Assembly: GCA_031409335.1 (NCBI GenBank)
Contig: JANNWY010000065.1
Span: 1 to 18,451, forward strand
Length of the DNA: 18,451 bases
DNA from: Chthoniobacteraceae bacterium
GTDB lineage: Bacteria; Verrucomicrobiota; Verrucomicrobiia; Chthoniobacterales; Chthoniobacteraceae
Direction of reading: 5' to 3'
Position numbers and translations under genes: made by a program. This document shows, one piece after another, positions 7,555 to 14,988 of this stretch; positions within the stretch are counted from its first letter, which is position 1; the number at the start of each line of letters is the position of its first letter. The notes beneath the pieces were generated by a model that saw only the letters and a program-made list of their open reading frames with translations, was not told where the DNA came from and searched no databases.

Positions 7555-9666
7555 ATGAATACTCACGTTTTAGCAGCCAGTTTTTTTGAAACCTCCGGCA
7601 TGTCGCTCTCGCTCGTTTGCGCAGCGATCGGCCTCGCCTTCGCCATCGCCCTTATCAAGTCGATCATCGCCTCCCCGGCGGGAAATGCGCGCATGAAGGA
7701 AATCGCCGGGGCGATCGAGGAAGGCGCGAAGGCTTATCTCGGACGGCAGGTGCAGTCGATTTCGGTGATCGCGGTCGTGATCACGGTGCTGGTCGCCTGG
7801 TTCAAGGACTGGCAGACCGCCGCGGGTTTCGTGCTCGGCGCGGTGTGTTCGCTTGCCGCCGGATTTATCGGAATGCGGATCGCGGTCCTCGCAAATGTCC
7901 GCACCGCGCAGGGTGCGACCGTGAGCCGCAAGAAGGCGCTCGCCGCAGCGTTCAATGGCGGCGCGGTCACGGGCCTGCTCGTGGTCGGGCTCGCGCTGCT
8001 TTCGGTTGGCACATTCTGGCTCTTGATGAGCAAGTCGAGTCCTGAAAAGGCGCTCTCCAGTCTCGTCGGTGTGGCGCTTGGCGCGTCGCTCATCTCGGTT
8101 TTCGCGCGGCTCGGCGGCGGCATTTATACGAAGGCGGCGGATGTCGGCGCGGATCTCGTGGGCAAGGTGGAGCAAGATCTCGACGAAGATGATCCCCGCA
8201 ATCCGGCGACCATCGCAGACAACGTCGGCGACAACGTCGGCGATTGCGCGGGCATGGCGGCGGACGTTTTTGAAACGTATGCGGTTTCCCTCATTGGCGC
8301 GGTGCTCGTGGGTGCGCTCACCGTCGGGCTCGGCGCTCCGGTGATTTTTCCTTTCGTCATCGGCGGCCTCGCGATCCTCGCCTCGATCGTCGGCGTCATC
8401 TTCGTCAATATGACGAATCTTAAGCCAGCCTCCGCGCTCATGGGCGGCGTGCTCCTCAGCGCCCTGCTTTGCGCCGCCGCGTTTTATCCGGTGACGACTT
8501 CGATGTTTCCGGACGGCCTCGTCGTGAAAGACATCCTCAGCGGCGGCGAGCAGAAGTTTTCCGCGGGCAACATTTACTTCGCGTCCGTCATCGGATTGCT
8601 GATGACCGGCATCGCGGTGCTCATCACGAATTACTACACGTCCACCGAATACAGCCCTGTGCGCAAGATCGCCCTCGCCAGCGAAACCGGCCACGCCACG
8701 AACATCATCGCCGGCATCGCGATGGGTCAGATGGCGACGGCGTTGCCCGTGATTTTCATCAGCGCGAGCATCTGGGTCAGCTACGCAAACGGCGGGCTTT
8801 ACGGCATTGCGATTGCGGTCATGGCGATGCTCTCGATGTCGGGAATCATCATCTCGCTGGATGCATTTGGACCGATCACGGATAACGCCGGCGGCATCGC
8901 CGTGATGAGCGGTCTGCCAAAAGAAGTGCGCGCCATCACCGACGATCTCGATGCGGTTGGGAACACGATGAAAGCCGTGACGAAAGGTTACGCCATCGCG
9001 TCCGCCGGCCTGGCTGCGGTGGTGTTGTTTGGCTCCTACTTCGTCGATCTAAAGCACCATCTCGAAACGGTCCGCCAACTGAGCGGCCCGGCGCTCGAAG
9101 CCGCCCTCTCCTTTTCCCTGAAAGATCCGAAAGTCATCATCGGTCTCTTCATCGGCGGGCTGCTGCCGTATCTGTTCAGCGCATTCAGCATGAGCGCCGT
9201 CGGTCGCGCGGCGGGCGCCGTCGTCACCGAAGTCCGCCGCCAGATCAAGGCAAAGCCCGGCATCCTCAAAGGCACGGACACGCCTGACTATGCCGTCTGC
9301 GTGGACATCGTGACCAAGGCCGCGCTGAAGGAAATGATCGTCCCCGCGCTGCTCCCTCTCGTCGTCGTGCTCGCGGTCGCGGCAATGCCCGACGGTGCCA
9401 AGATGCTCGGCGGCGTGCTCGTCGGCTCGATCGTCACAGGGCTCTTCATGGGAATTTCAATGACCAGCTCCGGCGGCGCATGGGACAACGCGAAGAAGTA
9501 TATCGAGGAAGGCCACCACGGCGGCAAAGGCAGCGAGGCGCACAAGGCCAGTGTCACCGGCGACACCGTGGGCGATCCTTACAAGGACACTTCCGGTCCC
9601 GCCATCAACCCGATGATCAAAGTCGTGAACATCGTCGCGATCCTGATCATCCCGATCTTTTTCTAA
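7555..9666 (+). CDS. hppA: Membrane-bound ion-translocating pyrophosphatase, K+-independent H+-PPase type (~703 aa)
   Basis: Signature motifs [61 protein letters not shown] and [11 protein letters not shown], plus many TM segments. [10 protein letters not shown] (8959-8988) has the Lys that marks K+-independent enzymes. Confidence 0.97.
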   Translation: MNTHVLAASFFETSGMSLSLVCAAIGLAFAIALIKSIIASPAGNARMKEIAGAIEEGAKAYLGRQVQSISVIAVVITVLVAWFKDWQTAAGFVLGAVCSLAAGFIGMRIAVLANVRTAQGATVSRKKALAAAFNGGAVTGLLVVGLALLSVGTFWLLMSKSSPEKALSSLVGVALGASLISVFARLGGGIYTKAADVGADLVGKVEQDLDEDDPRNPATIADNVGDNVGDCAGMAADVFETYAVSLIGAVLVGALTVGLGAPVIFPFVIGGLAILASIVGVIFVNMTNLKPASALMGGVLLSALLCAAAFYPVTTSMFPDGLVVKDILSGGEQKFSAGNIYFASVIGLLMTGIAVLITNYYTSTEYSPVRKIALASETGHATNIIAGIAMGQMATALPVIFISASIWVSYANGGLYGIAIAVMAMLSMSGIIISLDAFGPITDNAGGIAVMSGLPKEVRAITDDLDAVGNTMKAVTKGYAIASAGLAAVVLFGSYFVDLKHHLETVRQLSGPALEAALSFSLKDPKVIIGLFIGGLLPYLFSAFSMSAVGRAAGAVVTEVRRQIKAKPGILKGTDTPDYAVCVDIVTKAALKEMIVPALLPLVVVLAVAAMPDGAKMLGGVLVGSIVTGLFMGISMTSSGGAWDNAKKYIEEGHHGGKGSEAHKASVTGDTVGDPYKDTSGPAINPMIKVVNIVAILIIPIFF

Positions 9667-9678
9667 GGACGAAATGGG

Positions 9679-10206
9679 GTGAGTGCTCCGATGCAGACTC
9701 TTGCGCAATCCGGCGTGTCACTGCTGTTGACGGGTCGGCACGCGCTCATGGCGCACGGGTTTCCCGCGCAAGAGACGACGGCGGAAATCGAGTGCGCCAT
9801 TTCCTCGGACGATGAGGCGCTGATCAACGAACACTTCACGCGCCACGAATGGAGCATCGTCTATCGGACGCCGTTCTTCGCGAAATTCCGCCTGCTCAGC
9901 ACTGGCACTCCCGTCATCCGCGTGCTGTTTCTCGATCCCACGACGTTCGGCCACCTGCACGCGGACAGCTTCGAGCACGCCTTCGAATCCGTCGCGCTCC
10001 GCGTGCCTTCACTCATCCACGTGGTCGCGATGAAAATCCAAGCCATCAAGCACGAGCCGCATCGTGAAATCGAAGACCTGCCGGAGATTCTGGCGGTTCT
10101 TCAGGCGAATTTGAGCCGCTGGAAACCGGACGAACTCGACGCGGTCTGCAAGCGTTTCGGCCCAAAGGGAATTTACACCCGGCTCAAACAGCGGCTCGCG
10201 GCCTGA
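9679..10206 (+). CDS. Nucleotidyltransferase-fold (AbiEii/DUF6036-like) protein with degenerate catalytic motifs (175 aa; alternative ATG 9691)
   Basis: LLLTGRHALMAHG...TAEIEC matches the hhhGGxAh..G...TxDhD pattern. LRVPSLIHVVAMKIQA...REIEDLPEI matches the C-terminal hPs.e.LIAMKL.A..R.KD..D pattern. Starts 12 nt after hppA. Confidence 0.7.
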   Translation: MSAPMQTLAQSGVSLLLTGRHALMAHGFPAQETTAEIECAISSDDEALINEHFTRHEWSIVYRTPFFAKFRLLSTGTPVIRVLFLDPTTFGHLHADSFEHAFESVALRVPSLIHVVAMKIQAIKHEPHREIEDLPEILAVLQANLSRWKPDELDAVCKRFGPKGIYTRLKQRLAA

Positions 10207-10208
10207 GC

Positions 10209-12278
10209 CTACGAGGCCGCAGATTCCTGCGGCACGGCGTCGGCCACATTCGCCTCGATCGCTGCTTTTTCGGGAAGGTCCGCATTCTCCAGCACGGCGA
10301 TCTTGTTCAAATCATCGCTGACGGTCGCAGCGGTTTCATCGAGCGCCGAAAAGGAAGCGAGGACGCGCGCATACGCATCGAACGGCTGCTGCAAATCCGC
10401 GCGCTCCTGCTCCAGCCGCGCGCGCAATTCGCCCAGCCCAAGTGCCACGGCGTCCCGAAATTTCGTGACGTAATTCCCAAGCAGGCGCTCCGAAAAACGT
10501 CCCGGCAGCATCGGAAATTTCCGGCTCACCGTCTCCTCGATCATTCCCGCCAGCGCCTCGCGACCGCCATCCGACAGTCGTTTCGCTTTCACCTCGGGCT
10601 CGATTTCCTTTTCGGAATCCTCGCCAAGCACGCGCCGACGCACCGATGCCGCGGAGCGGAACAGCAGCCAGTCACCAAACGATTTTTTCACCGGCACATT
10701 TTCCTGCTTCACCGCAATCGTGTAAGCCGCCGTTGCTTCCGGTTCATCCAGCGCATCGCGGGCGATTTCGGAAGCCGGAGCGAGATCGAAATCCGCGACC
10801 ATGAGGTCTGCGACAATCGCAGCGGGTGGCTCCGCGCCGCCATACGGCGTGCGCACGGATTGGATCAATTCATTGCGCGTCCCGCGCGCCAGCCGCTCCG
10901 CGACGGATGTCGTCGCCGCATTCCAATGATCTCCCGCCAGCGCACCAAGGCTCTCTTTTCCCTGAAACCATTGGTCCAGTGCCTTCCCCATTTCCTCCGA
11001 CAAATCGCGCGCTTTGGCCTTCGCCTCATCCGCCCCGCGCGCCGAAGTTTCCGTCCGCACCTGATCGAAAGTCGCGCCCCAGTCGAAGCTGAGCAGCCGA
11101 TCCACCGCCGCGATGCGTTTGTCGAGGTCATGGATATTTTCCTCGATCGACGACTGCGACTCATGCAGTTCCCGGACGACCGCGCCCGCGTGAATCCAGC
11201 GCACCTCATCGCACAGTGCATTCCCCTGGCGCAGACTGTCGCGGATGAATTCGCGCGTGTAATCGGTGCTGTTCAGATAGTCCGTCAGATCGCGCTGAAA
11301 CGCGCCAAACGCGTGCGTGTCCGCGCCGTTGCTCGCGCCGTTTTCCTGACTGGCCAGCATCGCCGACGCCGCGCTCAGCAAATCCACCGCGTGAATGCGC
11401 ACCCGATTTTCCTCGTAGGCCCGGCGCAGCGGCCCGCCCATCGACAGCGTCTTGAACGCCTCGATGATCCGCTCCGGCTGCTCGCTCTCCGCGCTCGGCT
11501 TCAAGCTGCCGTCCGGTTGCAGATCGCGCTTTTGCGAGTCCACATTGATCACGAGAAAAATGCGGCTGAACAGATCGAGCAGTTGATTGAACTCCGCGAA
11601 AACCTGCTCAAGAAAAAGGTTGTCCGTTTTCACCACAAAAACCGCGCACGCCGCCGTGTCGCGGAACTCGCGCGTCAGCACATCGTAGCCAAAATTCATC
11701 CGGCTGTAGAGCCCGGGAGTATCGACGAGCACCGTGCTGGATTCCGCCAGGCTGCGCACCGGTGCCTTGATATCGATGCGGCGGATCGCCTCGGAAAATT
11801 GCGTGCGCGGATCGAATTCCACGCCGCGCGTTTCCGCCAAATGCATCTGCTCCGCGAGCGCGTGATGCCCTTCCGCCACGACCTCGTGCAGCACCGCGCT
11901 GTCCGCGAAAATCGACTCGCGCCCGTTGTATCGCGTCACCGAAAAATGCGCCGCCTCCGCGTGCCGCACGAAGACGAGACACGGATAGCCCGGCAGCGAA
12001 GTTACCTCGCTCACGTACGAGCCGCTGATCGCATTCATCAGCGTGGATTTCCCGCTCTTCAGCGGTCCGAAGATGAGCAGATAAGCGTGTTGATTGTCGA
12101 GTTTCTCGACGAGCGACCGCAGCCGCGCGCGAATGTCATTGAGCGCCGCAAGCGGCTTTTCCAGCACCTTCGTGTCCCCCGCCCGCTCCATGTCTTCGAC
12201 GACGCGATTCAACGCGCCGGGCAGTGGGAGGAGACTCGTCAGACAGGATTCGCAGAATTTTGAAATCTCGGTTTTCAT
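10209..12278 (-). CDS. Bacterial dynamin-like GTPase (~689 aa)
   Basis: An N-terminal helix, then P-loop GPLKSGKST (12068-12042), G3 DTPG (11723-11712) and a G4-position INVD. A long helical/coiled-coil C-terminal region contains a hydrophobic patch (FGDWLLF). Confidence 0.85.
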   Translation of the reverse strand: MKTEISKFCESCLTSLLPLPGALNRVVEDMERAGDTKVLEKPLAALNDIRARLRSLVEKLDNQHAYLLIFGPLKSGKSTLMNAISGSYVSEVTSLPGYPCLVFVRHAEAAHFSVTRYNGRESIFADSAVLHEVVAEGHHALAEQMHLAETRGVEFDPRTQFSEAIRRIDIKAPVRSLAESSTVLVDTPGLYSRMNFGYDVLTREFRDTAACAVFVVKTDNLFLEQVFAEFNQLLDLFSRIFLVINVDSQKRDLQPDGSLKPSAESEQPERIIEAFKTLSMGGPLRRAYEENRVRIHAVDLLSAASAMLASQENGASNGADTHAFGAFQRDLTDYLNSTDYTREFIRDSLRQGNALCDEVRWIHAGAVVRELHESQSSIEENIHDLDKRIAAVDRLLSFDWGATFDQVRTETSARGADEAKAKARDLSEEMGKALDQWFQGKESLGALAGDHWNAATTSVAERLARGTRNELIQSVRTPYGGAEPPAAIVADLMVADFDLAPASEIARDALDEPEATAAYTIAVKQENVPVKKSFGDWLLFRSAASVRRRVLGEDSEKEIEPEVKAKRLSDGGREALAGMIEETVSRKFPMLPGRFSERLLGNYVTKFRDAVALGLGELRARLEQERADLQQPFDAYARVLASFSALDETAATVSDDLNKIAVLENADLPEKAAIEANVADAVPQESAAS

Positions 12279-12288
12279 GGGCGCGACC

Positions 12289-12316
12289 AAGGTGAGGCAT
12301 CGCGCGCCGGGGTCAA
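12289..12316 (-). promoter_or_regulatory. Putative promoter of the dynamin-like gene
   Basis: TTGACC (12316-12311), 16 nt, CACCTT, 10 nt, then ATG. Confidence 0.4.
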
Positions 12317-12350
12317 CATCGGAGGGCGAATCTGAAACGAAAAAACGCGG

Positions 12351-13904
12351 TTATTTCGACAGAAGCGGAGGCGAGCCAGCGGGCTTCACGAAACCGGTGA
12401 GATCGGCGCGCAGTTTCTCCGCGTCGGAGCGCAGCAGATACATCATGTGGCCGCTGTCATATTCGGACCACGCGATGTTCTTTCGCAGGCTCGCGGGGAT
12501 GTCGAGGTGGTCGATGCTGTAGCGCATCGTGTCCGGCGGCACGGCGAGGTCGCGGCGTCCGACGAGGATGAGCAGGCGGAGTTGCGGATTCGTTTTCATT
12601 GACTCGGAGAGCCGGCCCGCGGTGGAGGCGTAGCGTCCGGCGAAGCCGGTGTAGTTCCAGTTCAGCCCGGTGAGCACGCGATACGGGAGGTCACTTTCGT
12701 AGCCAAGCGTGCCGCGGATGTAGGCGTTCGTGGCGGCGGAGAATGGGCCGATGACGTTGGTGAACGATGGATCGAATTCGGGCGAGTTGGCGAGGCGGTT
12801 GCCGTCCTCCGAGGTGACGCGCGCATCGTAGCGGCCCACGATTTTTCCCTCCGCGCGCAGCAGGCGTTCGCGGAAAAGCGACGGGCTGATTCGCAGGTCG
12901 GACTCGTCGATGAGGTCCGCGCCGAGGCCGGTGAAACGGGCGAGTTGCGTGGTGATGCGTTTGCGTTCGTCGGGCGCGATCGTGTGGCCTTTCAGCAAAG
13001 CGAGCGCGTAGTCGCCGCTGGCAAACGCGCGCGCTTCGGCCAGCGTTTTGTCGTAGTTCGCCTGGAGATCGGGCGGCAGTTTGTTGTGGTAATGCGCGGT
13101 CGCGGTGAACGTCGGCAGCATCAGGATGAACGGCAGATCGTTCGCGAAATCGGAACTCAGCGTCTGGAAACTCACGAGTCCGGACAGCAGCACGAGCCCC
13201 TGAAAATACATCCCGTGCGTCTCCTGCAAATAGTTCACCAGCCCTGACGCGCGGAACACGCCGTAGCTTTCGCCGCACAAATACTTCGGCGATTCCCAGC
13301 GCTGCTCGCGTGTCGTGAAGAGCCGGATGAATTCCCCGATCGCATTGATGTCTTCATCCACGCCGAAAAACTGCTCCGGCTTCTCGCCCTTCGCCGCGCG
13401 GCTGATGCCGGTGCCGACCGGGTCGATGAAAACGAGGTCGGTGCCGTCGAGGATCGAGTTCGGATTGTCCACGATCTTCGCGACGGTCGCGGGTGTCAGC
13501 CCGTCCGGGGGCAGGTCCACGCGCTTCGGCCCGAGTCCGCCGAAATGCAGCCACACCGCCGCGGAACCGGGCCCGCCATTGAAGCAATACATGATCGGCC
13601 GTCCGCCGGGATTCGTCGCCGCGAGCCGTTTCCCGTCTTTATCCACCGCAGCATAATAAACGTAGAAGACGCTCGCGCGCGGCGCACCGTCTTCTTTGAA
13701 AATGGGGAGCTGTCCCGTGAGCGTGAGATACTTCACTTCCGCGCCGGCGATCATTGCGGAGCCGGATTTTTCTTTCGGCTTATCCGCGTCCTCCTTTTTC
13801 TCGTCCTTCTTTTCGGTGTGTTTCGGTTCGTCCGGTTTTGCGGCCTGGTCTTGGGCAAAGGCGAGGCAGGGAATGATGGCGAGGATGGCAAGGAAGCGGC
13901 GCAT
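12351..13904 (-). CDS. Secreted serine carboxypeptidase, family S10 (517 aa)
   Basis: Signal peptide MRRFLAILAIIPCLAFA|Q. Motifs FNGGPGS and FIDPVGTG. Catalytic triad motifs GESYG, GRRDL and SGHMMY. Confidence 0.95.
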   Translation of the reverse strand: MRRFLAILAIIPCLAFAQDQAAKPDEPKHTEKKDEKKEDADKPKEKSGSAMIAGAEVKYLTLTGQLPIFKEDGAPRASVFYVYYAAVDKDGKRLAATNPGGRPIMYCFNGGPGSAAVWLHFGGLGPKRVDLPPDGLTPATVAKIVDNPNSILDGTDLVFIDPVGTGISRAAKGEKPEQFFGVDEDINAIGEFIRLFTTREQRWESPKYLCGESYGVFRASGLVNYLQETHGMYFQGLVLLSGLVSFQTLSSDFANDLPFILMLPTFTATAHYHNKLPPDLQANYDKTLAEARAFASGDYALALLKGHTIAPDERKRITTQLARFTGLGADLIDESDLRISPSLFRERLLRAEGKIVGRYDARVTSEDGNRLANSPEFDPSFTNVIGPFSAATNAYIRGTLGYESDLPYRVLTGLNWNYTGFAGRYASTAGRLSESMKTNPQLRLLILVGRRDLAVPPDTMRYSIDHLDIPASLRKNIAWSEYDSGHMMYLLRSDAEKLRADLTGFVKPAGSPPLLSK

Positions 13905-13960
13905 AGTTTGCCGCGAGTTGTCCCCATTCCGGCGCGGCGCGTCAATTCATTGGCGTCACT

Positions 13961-13983
13961 GCGGACAGGAGTGTCCGCGTTAC
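13961..13983 (-). repeat. REP-like hairpin
   Basis: The minus strand reads GTAAC-GCGGACA-CTCC-TGTCCGC, a perfect 7-bp stem 7 nt downstream of the cyclase stop. No U-tract follows. Confidence 0.65.
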
Positions 13984-13990
13984 TGCGCTG

Positions 13991-14914
13991 CTACGCCGTC
14001 GCGTGCGTGGTGTCGCAGCCGAAGACTTCCACCGTCTTCGCCTTGCCTTTCAAGGACTGCGGCCCGAACGGGACGAAGATTCCGAGTTCTTCCACGTGCT
14101 CCTGAAATTCGCCGGACATCAGGAGCGGCTGCGCGAGTTCCTTCGACACGGCTTCCAAGCGGAAGACCGTGTTCACCGCGTCGCCGATGATCGTCGCGTC
14201 GCGCTCGGCGGCGACTCCGACGTTGCTGCACGTCACGCGACCGTAGTGCAGGGCGACGGCGATTTTGAAAGGCGCGCCATTCGGCCAGGTGCGGGCGCTG
14301 GCGAGATTCATCATCGCGCGGCCGATCTCGAACGCGGCGCGGCAGTCGTCGGCTCCGTTGCCCGCCGTGCCCCAATACGCGAGCATCGCGTCGCCGATGA
14401 ATTTATCGATCGTGCCGCCACTGCGGCTCACGAGATTTCCCGTCTCGCGAAACCACGCGCCGAGGATTTGCGCGAGCTGGCCGCTTTCAGTTTTCTCGGA
14501 CATTGAGGAAAAGCCGCGGATGTCGCAAACCAGCAGCGCCACGGGACGCGCCTCGATTTCACACGCGGCCATGCTGCCGGCCACCGTCGCGGCGAGGTGT
14601 TCGTCGCAGCGCTCGTCTTCGGTTTCGGCGAATGTGAGCGTGTTATCCGCGATGCGGATGCGCGCGCCCGAGGTGAGCGCGACGGGCATGATGACGCGCT
14701 GGTCATCGACGTAGGTGCCGTTGCGGCTGCCGAGGTCGATGAGCTGGTATTGGTAGCCGTTGTGGCAGCGGATGATCGCGTGCTGGCGCGAGACGAGCGG
14801 GCTGAAATTCAGGCAGACCGAGTTTTCACGGGTCCGCCCGATCGTCACGGTGTTGCCGACCGTCACCTCGAAAGGCTCGGCGGCTGCTGGTTGAATGATA
14901 AGTTTAGCTCCCAT
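13991..14914 (-). CDS. FHA domain + class III adenylate/guanylate cyclase (307 aa)
   Basis: FHA motifs IGRTRENSV, VSRQHA and DLGSRNGT. Cyclase motifs CDIRGFS, IDKFIGDAML, TIIGDAVNTVFRLE and LKGK. The start at MGAKLIIQP is preferred over the TTG at 14974. Confidence 0.93.
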   Translation of the reverse strand: MGAKLIIQPAAAEPFEVTVGNTVTIGRTRENSVCLNFSPLVSRQHAIIRCHNGYQYQLIDLGSRNGTYVDDQRVIMPVALTSGARIRIADNTLTFAETEDERCDEHLAATVAGSMAACEIEARPVALLVCDIRGFSSMSEKTESGQLAQILGAWFRETGNLVSRSGGTIDKFIGDAMLAYWGTAGNGADDCRAAFEIGRAMMNLASARTWPNGAPFKIAVALHYGRVTCSNVGVAAERDATIIGDAVNTVFRLEAVSKELAQPLLMSGEFQEHVEELGIFVPFGPQSLKGKAKTVEVFGCDTTHATA

Positions 14915-14939
14915 CGCTGTGATGATGCGCCTTTCGGCA

Positions 14940-14986
14940 GGTTGCAGATTGCAGAAAGCGTGCGCAAACTGCAAATCTTCGCAACC
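14940..14986. promoter_or_regulatory. Imperfect inverted repeat in the 74-bp divergent promoter region
   Basis: GGTTGC-AGATT-GCAG-(14 nt)-CTGC-a-AATCT-tc-GCAACC, ending 2 nt before the kinase ATG. Confidence 0.5.
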
Positions 14987-14988
14987 CG

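Noticed and set aside
9674..9682. ATG-GGG-TGA mini-ORF after AAGGAC overlapping the GTG start of the NTase-like gene
   Set aside because: It could be re-initiation coupling or a one-base G-run error, but it is equally likely by chance and changes the product by only two residues.
10860..12263. 467-aa plus-strand ORF (and similar long antisense ORFs at 965-1927, 3010-4050, 4722-5864 and 7570-8694)
   Set aside because: These overlap well-supported genes on the opposite strand and have the skewed, motif-free composition expected of shadow ORFs.
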